Assembly: GCA_009914755.4 (NCBI GenBank)
Contig: CP086569.2
Span: 14,400,001 to 14,464,000, forward strand
Direction of reading: 5' to 3'
Origin: the human T2T-CHM13v2.0 reference genome, Homo sapiens
Length of the DNA stretch: 64,000 nucleotides
Part shown: positions 48,671 to 62,572 of the stretch, one piece after another
How positions within the stretch are numbered: the stretch's first letter is position 1
Layout of the letters: every line of letters begins with the position of its first letter
Notes under the pieces: model-generated
Told to the model about the DNA's origin: nothing
Databases searched by the model: none
What the model saw: the letters and a program-made list of their open reading frames with translations, nothing else
Translations under genes and position numbers: made by a program

Positions 48671-50659
48671 TGTGCTGTCTTCAAAAGATTCAGCTCACAT
48701 GCAATTATATCCATAAACTCAAAATAAAGGAATGGCCAAAAATCTACCAAGTAAACAGAAGACAGAAAGAATCAGAGGTTGTCATTTTAAGTTCACACAT
48801 AAAGGACTTTAAACCAAAAAGATAAGAAATGACAAAGGGCATTACGTAAAGCTAAAGAGTACAATTTAACAAGAAGACTTAGCTATTTTAAACACATATG
48901 TATGCACCCAACATAGGCTTCATAAAACAATTTCTTAGACTTTCAAAGAATCTTAGACTCCCACACACTAATGACAGAATTTAAGATATCAGTATTGACA
49001 ATATTTGGATGCATCATCGAGGCAAAAAACGTACAAAAATATTTAGGACCTAAACTCAGCACTGGATCAAATAGACCTGAGGGTCATTTACAGAAGTCTT
49101 TGCCCCCAAAACAACAGAATATACATTCTTATCATTGTCACAGGGCTGATTCTCTAAAATTGACCATGTAGTCAGACATTAAACCCTCCTCAGCAACAGT
49201 AAAACAGATGAAATTATAACAACCGCTCTCTCAGACACCAGCGCAATAAAATTGGGAATCAAGACTAATAAATTTACTGAAAACCATACAATTACATGGA
49301 AATTGAATAACCTGCTTCTGAATGCTTCCAGGTAAATAATGACATTAAGGCATAAATCAAGAACCTCCTTGAAACAAATGAGAACAAAGATACAACATAC
49401 CAGAATCTCTTGGACACAGACAGCTAAGGCAGTGTTAAGAGGCAAATTTATAGCATTAAACACCCACATAAAAAAGAAATATCTCAATCTAGCAATATAA
49501 CATTTCAACTAAAATAACAAGAGAAGCAAGAGCAAACTAACCCCACAGTTAGCACAAGAAAGGAAATACCCTAAATTTGATCTGAACTGAGGTAATTAAC
49601 ATATTAACAACCATTCAAAAGATCAATGAATCCAGGAGTTGGTTTTTGGAAATTAATAATATAGATAGACTGCTAACTAGACTAATAAAAAAGAGAGCAG
49701 ATCCAAATAAATACAGAAATGATAAAGGGGATAGTACCATAACCTCACAGAAACACAAAAAACATCAGAAAATAATATGAATGTCTTTATGCCCCTGAAC
49801 TAAAAAAAAACCTAGAAGAAATTGATAACTTCCTGGGCACATACACCCTCCCAAGATTGAACCAGGAAGAAATCAAATTCTCGAACAGACCAACAACCAA
49901 TTTCAGAACAGAACTCTGAAACTGAATCAGTAATAAGGAGCCACAACCTAACAAAGCTCAGGGCCAGAAGGATTCACACCTGAATGATGAACAAAGAAGA
50001 GCTGGTATCATTGCGACAGAAACTATTCCAAAAAATGGAGGAGGAGGAGGAACGCCTTTCTAAGTCAATCTATGAGGCCAGCATTATCTTGATACCAAAA
50101 TCTGGCAGACACATAACAACAGCAACAAAAAAGTTCAAGCCAATATCATGGATGACTATCGATGCAAAAATCCTCAACAAAATTCTGGCAAACTGAATCC
50201 AGTGGCACATCAAAAAGCTTATTTATACTATCAAGTAGCCTTTATCTCTGAGATGCAAGGGTGGTTCAACATAGCAAATCAATAAATGTGATTTATCCTT
50301 TAATAAAACTAAAGACAAAACCACATTATAATTTCAATAGATGCAAAAAATAATTTCAACAAAATTTAACACCTTTCATAGTAAAAACTCTTGATAAACT
50401 AAGCATTGAAGGAATATACCTTAAAATAGCAAGGGCCATTTGTGACAAACTCACAGCCAACATTGTATTGAATAGGAAAAAGCTGGAAGCATTCCTCTTG
50501 AAAGCTGGCACAAGACAAGGATTTCCTCTCTCAGCACACATATTCAACATAGTACTGGAAGTCCTGAGCAGATCAATCAGGTAGTAGAAAGAAATAAAGG
50601 AAATCCAAATAGAAAGAAAGGAAGGCAAACTCTCCCTCTTTGCAGATAACATTATTCTG

Positions 50660-51527
50660 TTGTAGTTTCACCAGTGCACAAAGTTGTAACAGTCTCTCAT
50701 TGTCTGAGATATAGCAAGAGTTCTTTGTCTGAGATGACTAAGGAGTGCGGACACTAGGGTTAGGTCAGAGCAAAAGTTTAAAAAGCAAAAGAAGGAAGTT
50801 CTCCGCTAGCAGAGGGTTGGGGGTGCCAAATAGGGTCCCTCTATGAGGCTGGGGTCCAGGGTTTTCATGGACTGGGAAGGGGAAGGAATATGCTTAGTCT
50901 GTGTGCTGTCTTGGAGAACTCCTGACTCAGCTTTGCCTGGGGTCTCGGCCTGGGGCCTTGGCCCTGGACCAATCAGGAAGCCTAGCCCAGGGGCCAATTA
51001 GGGGCTGAAGTGGTAATTCATAGAGGCAGCTAGGCCTGGGACCTATTGGCAGCTGAAGTAAAAGCTTGACCTAGGACCTTGACCCAGGACCAATCAGGAG
51101 ATGAACTGATGATTCATAGATGCTGGGCTCACAATCTAAAAAGGAAAGGAAAGGAAACTGCCCACCAGAACCCAACAGAGAACAGTGTGTTCATGCTCAT
51201 AAAAGCAGAAGAGACTTTTTTCCTGGAAGCCCACTGATGATAGAAAGGATAATGGCATTTCTCTGTCAGGACTTGTTCTCTTAAACAGGGAAACAAGTAA
51301 GCTGGAGATTCCTGTAAGTTTTTATGTGAGTAACCTGGAGCTCCCTTATCTGTACAGCTGTGGGCATGTCTCCAGGCACAACTCCTTGTGCTAGTTTTCT
51401 TATCAGTACATGCAGCTTGATTTATTTTTCCAGCCTGCTTTTTGGGGCTGAGGCACTGATCAGTGGGTCAGGGAATCTCCGGGGACCCCTCCCTTGCTGT
51501 CTACTTAAAAGAAGCTAGATAAATCAT
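50660..51527. mobile_element. Unclassified ~0.87-kb insertion with solo-LTR characteristics (TG...CA termini, internal short repeats), inserted in ORF2 RT of old L1 copy B; possible 5-bp TSD ATTCT
   Basis: It breaks the L1 motif ctctttgcagataacattattctg | tgtagtttcaccagtgcacaaag ... ctacttaaaagaagctagataaatcatctca | attctacatctagaaaacctcatag. Internal repeats of gaccaatcagga and ggcc(t)tgg(g/c)cc(t)gg(g)acc. Family not recognised. Confidence 0.4.
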
Positions 51528-52565
51528 CTCAATTCTACATCTAGAAAACCTCATAGTCTTGGCCCAAAAGCTCCCTCAGCTGATAAATAACTTCAGCAAA
51601 ATCTAAGCATAGAAAATCAATGCACAAAAATTACTAGCATTTGTATATATCAAAAATTGTCAAGCCAAGAGTAAAACCAGGGACATAAATCCCATTCACT
51701 ATTGCCACAAAAAGAATAAAATATATAGAAATACACTTAACCAGAGAGGTCAAAAATCACCACAAGAACTAAAAAGTACTGGTCAAAAAAGTCAGAGATA
51801 AAGCAAACAAATGGGAATACATTCCATGCTCATGGATAGGAAGAATCAACATCATAAAATGGTCATACTGCCCAAAGCAATTTATAGATGGAATGCTATT
51901 CCTATTAAACTACCAATTAAATTTTTCACAGGACTAAAAAAAACTATTTTAAAATTAATATGGAAACACAAATTATCCCAGATAGCCAGGGGAATTCTAT
52001 ACAAAAAGAGCAAAGGTGGAGGCATCATGTTACCTGACTTCAAAGTATACTTCAGGCCTACAGTTAACAAAACAGCATGGTGCTGGTATAAAAGTAGACA
52101 TTTAGATCAATGGAAAGGAATAGAGAGCCTAGAAATAAGACCTCATATTTGCCATCTAATCTTTGATAGAGCTGACAAAAAGAAGCAATGGGAAAAGAAC
52201 TCTCTATTCAATAAATCATTCTGGGATAACCACCTAGCCATATTCAGTAGATTGAAATGGGACCCCTTTCTTACACCACAAACAAAAATTAACTGAAGAT
52301 CAATTAAAGGCTTATGTAAAACTTAAAGGAATAGAAATTCTGAAAGACAACCTACGCAATAGCATTCTGGAGATAGGAATGGGCAAAGATTTCATGACAA
52401 AGATTCCAAAAACAATTGCAACAAAAGCAACATTTGACAAGCAGAATCTATTTAAACTAAAGAGCTTCTGTGCAATATAAGGAACAATCAACAGGGTAAG
52501 CAGACAAACTATAGAATGGGATAAATAATTTGGTTCATTAATGGTAACAAATATGTCACATCTTA

Positions 52566-52852
52566 GGCTGGGCATGGTGACTCATGCCTGTAATCCCAGC
52601 ATTTTGGGAGGCTGAGTTGGGCAGGTCATCTTAGGTCAGGGGGTTGAGATCAGCCTGGCCAACATGGTGAAACCCCGTCTCTACTAAAAACAGAAAAATT
52701 AGCCAGGTGTGGTGATGGGTCCTGTAATCTCAGCTACTTGAGAGGCTGAGGTATGAGAATTGTTTGAACCCAGAAGGCAGAGGTTTCAGTGAGCTGAGAT
52801 CACACCACTGTACTCCAGCCTGGGGGATGGAGTGAGAATCTGTCCCCAAAAT
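52566..52852 (+). mobile_element. Alu, plus orientation
   Basis: ggctgggcatggtgactcatgcctgtaatcccagcattttgggaggctgagttgggcaggtcatcttaggtcagggggttgagatcagcctggccaacatggtgaaaccccgtctctactaaaaacagaaaaattagccaggtgtggtg...cactgtactccagcctggggg. Confidence 0.9.
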
Positions 52853-53015
52853 TATATATATATATGTATATATATATACACACACACACACACACGTATA
52901 TATATATACACGTATATATATATATACGTATATATATATACACATATATATATACACGTATATTATATATATATACGTGTATATATATATACACGTATAT
53001 TATATATATATACAC

Positions 53016-53046
<31 letters not shown>

Positions 53047-53052
53047 AACACA
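52853..53052. repeat. Compound microsatellite (TA)n/(CA)n/(TATATACG)n, ~200 bp
   Basis: ttatatatatatatgtatatatatatacacacacacacacacacgtatatatatatacacgtatatatatatatacgtatatatatatacacatatatatatacacgtatattatatatatatacgtgtatatatatatacacgtatattatatatatatacacacatatatacacacacacacacacacacaaacacacccaca. Confidence 0.95.
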
Positions 53053-54560
53053 CCCACATCTTTTCAAGATGTTAATAACAGAAAAACTGAAGATGAGTAG
53101 ATTAAATTTGAAATGTAGTGTAAGTTTAGGTCCCAATTTTGTTGTTGGTAAATAGCAAGTTGTCCCAGGAGTATGAAGAGACTATTCTTTCTCTGTATAA
53201 TGATGTTGAAACCTTTGTCAAAAAGCAACTGACATTATATGTCTGGATTATTTTTTGGAGTCTCAATCCTATCACAATTTTCTTTACACTTATACTACAC
53301 TGTCTTGAATTGTGTAATTTTATAATACATTTTGAAATCCAGTATGAGTCCTGCAACTATGCCCTTCTTTCTCTCAATTGTTTTGCATTTTCATGGTCAC
53401 TTGCTTTTTCATATTAAATTTATGATTAACTTCTTCATTTTGGCAAAAATTGCCAGTGGGATTTTGGTAGGTTTACATTAAATTTGCAAAGTTTTTTTTG
53501 GAAATACTGACATTTTAACAATATTAAGTCTTTCAATCCATGAACATAATATATTTCCATTTATTAAGGTCTTCTTTTATTTATTTAGCAATGTTTTGTA
53601 GTAATTAGTGCAAAATAGTATAATACTCTCCTATTTAAAGGTATTCCTAAGGATTTTATCCTTCAGGTGTTATTATAAAAATGATTTTAAGACTTTTTTT
53701 GAGATTGCTCATTGACAATAAGTTTCTTTTTGTTGTCAATCCTATACCCAGTAAACTGCTGGATTCATTTGTTATCTTTATTAGTTTTTATTTTGTAATT
53801 CTAGAATTTTCTATGTATAGGATGACATCATCAACCAATAAAGATAGCTTTGCTTCTTCCTATCCAATTTAGATTTTTATCAATTTAAATTTTATATTCT
53901 ATTATTTAAAATTTTATTTAATCTTTTTTTTCTTGCCTAACTATTCTGACTAGAACATTTTGTACAATGTTGAGTATCAGTGGTGAAAGCAGGCAACCTT
54001 GTATTGAACTCAGTGGGTATATTTTCAGCCTTTCACCATTAAATATGACATTAACTGTAGGTTTTTAAACAAATACTCTTTAATTTTCTAAGGAAGTTTT
54101 TTTCTCTTTGTAGCTTACTGAGTGTTTTCATCATATAAGTGTTCGCTTCTGTCAAATGCTGTTTTAAGTCTAGTTTAATGCCCATAGAGACACATTGAAA
54201 ATTGTAGTTAACATGGACAGGATGATGAGAATAATTCCAAACAAAACTTGTGAGCAGAGTATTACAGGTCACTTCTGAATGATATCATTTAATTTAATTG
54301 CAAGCTTTTTCAGCATGTACTTTCTTCCTGCCATAGTTACCATTAGCATCACAGCAGAGTCTCTAAGTGAGAAAAGCATAAATTTTGTACTCTATATGCC
54401 AAACCTATTCTATAATAAATGTGTAGCAAGAGAAAAAAAATTCCATTGAGTCTGAAGATGATTTAATATTTTAGTGTAACCCAAACTGATTTTCCTGACT
54501 CATAAAGCAAGAATATATTATCAAAACCATTATATAACACAAAGTTATTAAGACCAGAAA
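53053..54560 (-). mobile_element. Old L1 (L1M-like) ORF2 fragment (RT to C-terminal region), minus orientation
   Basis: Reverse-complement ORF2 motifs: ttggcaaaaattgccagtgggattttggtaggtttacattaaatttgcaaagttttttttggaaatactgacattttaacaatattaagtctttcaatccatgaacataatatatttccatttattaaggtcttc (compare L1 rc ...gattgcattgaatctgtagattgctttgggtagtatggccattttaacaatattgattcttccaatccatgagcatgg...), and gtggtgaaagcaggcaaccttgtattgaactcagtgggtatattttcagcctttcaccattaaatatgacattaactgtagg (rc of RT ...SP.SI.LA.G). Confidence 0.55.
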
Positions 54561-54565
54561 ATGTA

Positions 54566-54705
54566 TCTGCCAGCTGAGCAAGGTGTCTCACAAACCTAAT
54601 CCCAACATGTTGGGAGGTTGAGGCTGAAGGACCGCTTGAGACCAGGAGTTTGAGGCCACCCTGGCCAATACAGTGAGACCCAATCTCATATTAAAAAAAA
54701 AAAAA
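54566..54705 (+). mobile_element. Alu left monomer / FLAM-like element with poly-A
   Basis: gctgagcaaggtgtctcacaaacctaatcccaacatgttgggaggttgaggctgaaggaccgcttgagaccaggagtttgaggccaccctggccaatacagtgagacccaatctcatattaaaaaaaaaaaaaaa. Confidence 0.6.
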
Positions 54706-54965
54706 AATCTACATATCTGCCTTTGGAGCACTCATCTGTACTTTTTCTTTCCTCTGGCTTATTTTTAATCAGTCTAGCAACATAGTCCTTCCAAAATCTA
54801 AAATTAATATAGAGTTATATAGGCCTGAACAGTGTTAAATCAGTGTTCTTTCTAATCAGGTACTACATTTTAAACATTACTGAATATTTAATCAACTCTA
54901 CTTTTAAGAACTTTGCTCACATGTAGCAATAATGTCTAGGTTGAATAAAGCCCCCCACCCCCCGC

Positions 54966-55258
54966 CCTTTTCTTTTTGAGATTGAGTCTCACTCTGTCAC
55001 CAGGTTGGAGTGCAGTGACATGATCTCGGCTTAATGCAAACTCTGCCTTCTGGGATCAAGTGATTCTCCTACCTCAGCCTCCCAAGTAGCTAGGATTACA
55101 GGAGTGCACCATGATGCCTGGCTAATTTTCATATTTTCAGTGGAGATGGGGTTTCACCATGTTGGCCAGGATGGTCTCGATCTCCTGACCTCGTGATCTG
55201 CCTGTATCAGCCTCCCAAACTGTTGGGGTTACAGGCATGAGCCACTGTGCCCAGCCCG
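54966..55258 (-). mobile_element. Alu, minus orientation
   Basis: cttttctttttgagattgagtctcactctgtcaccaggttggagtgcagtgacatgatctcggcttaatgcaaactctgcc...cctcccaagtagctaggattacaggagtgcaccatgatgcctggctaattttcatattttcagtggagatggggtttcaccatgttggccaggatggtctcgatctcctgacctcgtgatctgcc...ggcatgagccactgtgcccagccc. Confidence 0.9.
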
Positions 55259-55632
55259 AATAAACTCTTAATTGCAAATTTCAAATGCCTCAAGTCTTAA
55301 ATCTATGGGGTTATAATCATATCATTTACCTCTGATTTTTTAAACATCTAAACATCTAAAAACTAAAATGCAGCCATGAATAAGTGATGAACCAACATAA
55401 TTGCTTACAATTACTAAAAGTATTGCCCTGATATTTTTACATAAAAATATTTTTTTGTACAGATAAACTCATTGAAAATGGATATTGCTGCAAATTCTTT
55501 CATTCTTTCTTGATGGTTATTTTAAGGATGTTGGCACATTGAAATTTAGCTGACTCTAATGTAAGAACTTTGTTTGGTGTTTCTTGGGTGGGTACAATGT
55601 AATCACAAAAGTCTTAAAAAACGAAAAGGTGG

Positions 55633-55925
55633 CTGGGTGCAGTGGCTCGTGCATGTAATCCCAGCACTTTGGGAGGCCAATGAGGGTGGATCCCAAGGTC
55701 AAAAATTCAAGACCAGCCTGACCAACATGGTGAAACCCAGTCCCTACTAAAAATACAAAAATTAGCTGGCCATGGTGGTGCACACCTGTAACACAAGCTA
55801 TTCAGGAAGCTGAGGCAGGAGAATCGCTTGAACCCAGGAGGTGGAGGTTGTAGTGAGCCGAGATCATGCCACTGCACTGCAGCCTGTGCTACAGACCAAG
55901 ACATTGCCTCAGGAAAAAAGAAAAG
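55633..55925 (+). mobile_element. Alu, plus orientation
   Basis: ggctgggtgcagtggctcgtgcatgtaatcccagcactttgggaggccaatgagggtggatcccaaggtcaaaaattcaagaccagcctgaccaacatggtgaaacccagtccctactaaaaatacaaaaattagctggccatggtggtgcacacctgtaac...gcactgcagcctgtgctacagaccaagacattgcctcaggaaaaaagaaaag. Confidence 0.9.
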
Positions 55926-56449
55926 AAAAAGTAAGGAAGAGTAGAATCAGTGTCAGAAAGATGTGATGATGGAAGTAGAAACAAGAGAGAGTCAAGGAAG
56001 AACTCAATCCATTACTGATGGTTAAAAAAAAGGAAAAGGTACTTTAAATATGTGAATAAAGATCTTGACACAAAATTTATCATGAATTATCCAAGTGGGT
56101 GCAATGTAATCACAAACATTCTTATAAAAGAGAACCAGCAGGATCAGAGTGTGAGACAGAAAACAGTATGTACAGAATCAGAGGCCAGAGGCCAGAGAGG
56201 AGAGAATATATTACATGGTTGTTTTTGAAGAAAAAGGAGCCATAAGCCACATACTGGCAGATATCTAAAAGCTAAAGTCACAGAAATAAATTCTTACCTA
56301 AAGCTTCCAGAGGTAGCCAAAATCTTGATTTTTTTCCTCTTTAAAAATAATTCTGCTTTTCTGGCATTCAGAACAGTAAGATAATTTTGGATGGTTTTAA
56401 GAAACTGTTATTTTGTTATAGCAATGATAGAAAACTAATATAAACCATT

Positions 56450-57958
56450 GTGTATAAGTACCACATTTTCTTTACCCATTCATCTGTCAATGGATGCATA
56501 GATTGCTTCCAAATTTTGGCTATTGCGAACAGTAATACATCAAACATAAGAATGTTTCAATATCCTGGTTTCCTTTCTTTTGGGTATATACCCAGAAGTG
56601 GGATTGCTGGGTTAATAAGGTAGCTCTCTTTTAATTTTCTGAGGAACTTCTAAACTATGCTCCATAGTGATTGTACTAATTTACATTCCCACCAACGGTG
56701 TACATAGATACACTTTTCTTCACGTCCTCACCATTATTTTTTATTGCCTATCTTTTGGCTGTAGTCCCTTTTAACTGGGATGAAATAATATCTCATTGTA
56801 GTTTTGATTTATATTTCTGTGATAATCAGTAATGTTAACCACTTTTGCTGTTTGGCATTTGTATGTCTTATTTTAAGAAATGTCTATTCAAATCTTTTTT
56901 GCCAATTTTAATCAGATTATTAGTTTTTTTCCTATAATGTTTGCACTCCTTATGTACTCTGTTTATTAATTTCTTGTCAATTGGGTAGTTTGCAGATATT
57001 TTCTCTCATTCTGTGGGTTGTCTCTTCTCTTTGTTGATTGTGTCCTTTGTTGTGCAGAAAGCTTTGTAACTTGATATGATCCCGTTTGTTCATTTTGCTT
57101 GGGTTTCCTGTTCTTTTGGGATATTACTCAAGAAATTTTGCCCAGAACAACGTCCTGGAGAGTTTCCCCAATGTTTCACTTTAGTAGTTTTCTAGTTGGA
57201 GATCCTATATTAGTCTTTAATCCATTTTGATTTAATTTTTGTATATGATAAGAAATAGGGGTATAATTTTATTATTCTGAATATAGATATCCACTTTTCC
57301 CAGCACCATTTATTGAAGAAACTGCTTTTCCCAATATGTATGATACCTTTTTTGAAAATAAGCTCACTGTAGGTGTATGGTTTCTGAGTTCTTTATACTG
57401 TTACATTGGTTTATGTGTCTATTTTTATTTCTGTGTCATGCTGTTTTGGTTATCATAGCTCTGCAGTATATTTTTGAAGTCAGGTAATATAAATTCCTCC
57501 AGTTTTGTTCTTTTTGCTCAGAATCGCTTTGGCTATTTTGGATCTTTTGTGGTTTTATATGAATTTGAGACTTTTTTTCTATTTCTGTGAAGAATGTCAT
57601 TGGTATTTTGATAATTGCATTGAATCTGTAGACTGTTTTGGGTAGTATGACTATTTTTAACAATATTGGTTATTTCAATTCATGAACATTAAATATTTTT
57701 CCATTTTTTGATGTCTGCTTCAACTTCTTTCATTAGTGTTTTGTAGTCTTAATTGTAAAGATCTTTTCACTTCTTTGTGTTTTTTATTTCAATATTATTT
57801 ATTCTTCCTTTGATCTTTATTTTTCTCTTTGAATCTTAGGTTCAGTTTGCTCTTGCTTTTCTAGTTCCTTAAGATGCATTGTTAGGTTATTTCTTTGGAG
57901 TTTTTCTTTTTTTGGTGTAGGCACTTATAGCTATAAGTTCCCCTACTAGTACTAAAAG
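56450..57958 (-). mobile_element. Old L1 (L1PB/L1MA-like) ORF2 C-terminal half plus part of the 3' region, minus orientation
   Basis: A continuous reverse-complement match to the L1 ORF2 3' third: ccacattttctttacccattcatctgtcaatggatgcatagattgcttccaaattttggctattgcgaacagtaatacatca (rc of ...aataaacatgg.gtgcagatatc...), ...ccagaagtgggattgctgggttaataaggtagctc..., tacattcccaccaacggtgtacat, tgccaattttaatcagattattagtttttttcc, gggtagtttgcagatattttctctcattctgtgggttgtctcttc, gaagtcaggtaatataaattcctccagttttgttctttttgctcagaatcgctttggctattttggatcttttgtggttttatatgaattt. Confidence 0.7.
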
Positions 57959-58565
57959 GAGTTAGTTAGCTTGCCTTAGGTAGATAAAAAGGAAAGGATC
58001 CTGGAGAGCCCCAGGCCAATAGGTAGGTGCCTTATCCCCATGCAACATAAAAAGTAGCCTAAAAAATTCAAGCTGCAGGCACTGATAAGAGAACTAGCAC
58101 AGGGTGTTGTGCCTGCAGACATGCCTACAGCTGCACAGATAGAATAGCCTCCAGCTCATTTGGATAAAAAATATCTTGCGCAAATTTCCAGCTCACTCAG
58201 ATAAGGATGTATAGAAATGCCTTTATCCTTTGTATAGTCAGCAGGCCCAGAAAAATGTTTCTTTTTCTTTTGTGGGCATGGGCACTGTGGGATCCAGTAG
58301 GTTCCAGTGGGTGATTTACTTCCCTTTATTAGGACTCTAAGTCCAACTTCTATGAATTATCACCTCAACCCTGATTGGGCCAATGTCCTAGGCCAAGCTT
58401 TCACTTAAGCTTTTGATATGTCCTGGTCCAAACTAAGCAGAATATATGAAGCATCATTTCAGCTCCTGACTGGTCACAGGCCTGGGTCAAGCTGAGTTAC
58501 TTGTTTGCCAAGACAGCCAGCAGAGTAAGAACCATCCTTCTCTTTCCCAGTTTGTAAAAACACTG

Positions 58566-58897
<332 letters not shown>

Positions 58898-59199
58898 TCA
58901 TAGCGGGTACTACTGTTTAAGATCCCCTCTGTGCTGGCAGAGAGCTTTCCTCTTTTGCTTATTAAACTTTTACTGTAACTTCTTCTTTGTTTCCACACTC
59001 CTTAATCATCTTTGGAGGCAGGAAAAACAACTCCCAAGTTATGTCAGACAATGGAAGACCGTTACATCTTGGTGCATTGGCCGGGAAGAAAATAATTCAT
59101 CATAAGGGCAAGAGTGAACCTTTAACTCTTTGCTTTCATTTCTCAAACTTATTGTCTACTCCAATCTAGTTTCTTTTTGAGGGACAAAGTGGCTAAGTT

Positions 59200-59420
59200 G
59201 TCTGGACTTCCTGGGTCAAGAGGGACTTCCCCAAGGGGCTTTTTCCTAAGCCAAAATGAATCATAGCTGCAAACTAAGGGATTGAAACTTCAACCAATCA
59301 AAGAGGACTTTCCCCTAAGCCAAAATGAGTAATAGCTGCAAACTAAGGGATTGAAACATCAACCAATCATATAGGGAGTTTAAGCTGTAGCTGCAGCCTG
59401 ATGTTTTTAATCAATCAGGA
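59200..59420 (+). promoter_or_regulatory. Tandem CCAAT-box-containing U3 repeats of the ERV-9-type LTR (a putative NF-Y/GATA-binding enhancer module)
   Basis: Two ~60-bp direct repeats each containing caaccaatca, and a further caccaatct at about 59415, are visible in the sequence. The regulatory role is inferred from published ERV-9 LTR biology, not shown here. Confidence 0.45.
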
Positions 59421-60424
59421 CCACCAATCTACAACCAGATGGAAAGTAAGCTAATCCTATAGGACAGAAAAAGGAAAAGGGAGGAGTCATAAGTGGATAT
59501 AAGCATAGGACACCGAAGTCAGAGACAGCAACCCTTCCAGGTCCACTTCCACCATGTGGAAGCTTTACTTTTGCTTTACTTTCACTTTTGCTTTAGTAAG
59601 TCTTGCCGTTGCACACTCTTTGGATCCATGCGTTTCTCTAATCAAGCTATAACACTCGCTGCTGAGTCCATGCTTCATTCCTTGAAGCCCATGAGACCAT
59701 GAACCCTTCGATGGAGAAAAACCTTTGATGGGAAGAAGACATCTCGTCTCACTTTCACGGAGGGCCTAAGCCATTGTGTGGGATTGGAAGGAGGTCTTAG
59801 GGCTACTTAAGATTTCTGGCTGGGACTACACCCCAGAGTTATCTGAAGGCCCTTAGACTAACTCCATTGCATGACAGCTCAACAGGGCCAGCCCCAGGAC
59901 TTATTCCTATCACATTTTCCTTCTTTTCTCTCACAGCTATCATGTCTCCTATTCGTTCTTTGAATACAATGTTGTGGGTATTTTTGCAACCTAGAGACAT
60001 AGTCTTGCTGGGTAGTTAGTAGGTGTTTTAGAAATGAGGAATGTAATTCAAAGAGTTGTTGTTTTGTGATTTCCTAGAAACAGGGGGAATTCAGTATTTC
60101 AATCTAAGTTTTCACCTAGTAATGCCCCTTCTATCCCTCAATGATGGACATTCATAGCACTGAATGGGAGAATATTTCACCCTGAGTGAATATCCTCCTC
60201 CACTTTTAAGTTGTTTTTTTACTTCATTAAGAGTTCAGCATTGTCCAGTGAATTTAATCAGTTCTTTTATGAAACAAATTAATTTTCTTATGCTGGAAGC
60301 CATGTTATATGGACAGCCTATCAAATCCAAACCTTTCTTTCTAAATTTTGCCTGAAAATAATTTAGAGTTAGAGATTTTACCTAACATTTCTTTTTTAAT
60401 TTTTATTTTATTTTATTTTATTTT

Positions 60425-60708
<284 letters not shown>

Positions 60709-61741
60709 CTTTACCTAACATTTCTAACCCTACGGTGCCACATAGTTGAAAGGGATTTTTCTCCATGGGGAGTCTTATCAGCTGTCAGTCCCAAACCTCT
60801 ACTCTCCCAATTCTTTTCCCTTTTACATTCTTCTATCAATGATCAGGCCCCATGTCTTATGTAGTGACAGAAAAACTCCACTTTCAACAGCCAGGAGAAA
60901 GCCATCCTGATAATACAGATCTTAGCTTCAATACTGTCCCCAACAAAGGGGGGCAAACATTCAATTTTTACACTCTTTTGAGGCATCTGCTTTGCATTCA
61001 ACTACATTGGAATTTAAACAGAAAAGGAATTTTATGTTTGAAAATTAATCAGTTCCATTCTGTGGGATTTTGACTTTTTTCCTGAGGCCATAGCAAATGA
61101 AGCCAGAGATAGTGTTAGGACACTCCCTCCATTAAGAAGTCTTGCCCAGCTCCAACTACTACATAATCTCTCCCAAGCCTTTGGGGTACCTTGAGAGCCT
61201 TCTGTGTTAAGTGGATCTAGGAATCCAGCAGGACAGAAGGATAGGGTTTTGAGCAGGTAAGTGTGACTAAAACCCACCAACTAGCTTTTCTGGGGTCATA
61301 GATGAAAGGTCATGCTTGTATCCATGGACAGCACCTCTGGTGGTCCATGGGACCCAGAGAAGAGGAGGTAAGAGGAGAAGTGGGATGTGCTTTCTCTCAC
61401 TCAACCCTGGGTCACACAAAAAGAGGAAGGGGACTGAGGGATGTGTTGTCTCCCTCTCTTTCTAGATGGGTAACATAAAAAACCATATGCAGTTTGTACT
61501 CCCCTTCAGTGCATTTCAAATCACTGGACCTCATTTGACCCTGAGACTCTGAAGAGAAAATGGTTTATATTTTATTGTGCAAGGGCCTGACCTTGTTATT
61601 ATGTTGGGGATAAACAAACTTGACCTTCTGAGGGAAGTCTTGATTTCTGTACTATTCAACAACCAGATCTTTTCTGTAGGCAGAAGGGCAAGTGGCCCCT
61701 GGTTTCCTATGTGGGAAACCACATAGTTTTAGTTTTTAGTT

Positions 61742-62572
61742 TTGTGGGAAAATCCACATTTTTATAAGCATTGTACAGTTGACACTGTCTTCTTGGCAGG
61801 CCTGTCAGGCACGCCCACAAAGGATGATTACCCAAAGTCAGAGAGACAAACCACTGGGGAACCCTCAAATGCAACTACTGGGTGCCCTACCTGCCCCAGT
61901 TATTTGGGGATCCCAGTAGCCAAATCATTAACTCCTCTTGTTGTGCCATTCAAGAAATTCCCAACTTTGCTGTTGTCCCTGCAGAAAATGCCCAATAGGC
62001 ATGGTGCCACTAGGGTTAAAGTTCCCTTCTTATTGCAGGACCTTAGGCAAATAAAGGGGGACCTAGTCAAGTTCTCCAATGACACTGATAAATATATAGG
62101 GGTTTTCCGAAATTCAACCCAAGTGTTTAATCTTATGTGAAGAGATGTTATGCAACTTTTAAGCCAAACCCTAACTGTTAAAAAAACGGGCAGAGATATT
62201 CAGAGAGAAACAGTATCCCTCCTATAGCCTGTCAAAAGAAAGCCAATCAAAAGGGGAAAGAGGGTAAAAAAGAGCCATGGTCCCCATTTCCAATAGGAAG
62301 AGAAACATACCCCTTTAAATACCCTAATTGAAGCCCAGTAATTCCATAGATAAGTAGAAAAGAAAACAATTTTTATGTGCATTTTAAAAGGCTTACAAAG
62401 AACTAAAACCAAACCTCTCAATTATTCTAAACTGTGCTTGTTGAAGCTGAAACCAGATGAAAATTCCCCTCACTCTTTGGAAAGGCTGAGAAAAGCTTTA
62501 GTGAAACACATGTCCCTGTCTCCCAATTCAATTAAAGAAAAAAAAAAAGTTAATTACTCAGGCAGTCCCTGA
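61742..62572 (+). pseudogene. Degenerate retroviral gag (matrix/capsid N-terminal region) of the class I ERV
   Basis: See the ERV internal-region entry. Two homologous blocks lie in different frames and are separated by stop codons (tga at 62138-62140; several stops between 62140 and 62375). Confidence 0.55.

Noticed and set aside
52730-53155. Several 75-107-aa ORFs on both strands rich in YIYI/CVCV
   Set aside because: They are translations of the (TA)n/(CA)n microsatellite.
59235-59400. 60-bp direct repeats with intervening sequence, superficially array-like
   Set aside because: There are only two copies, they contain CCAAT boxes, and they lie inside an ERV-9-type LTR U3 where such tandem enhancer repeats are well known.
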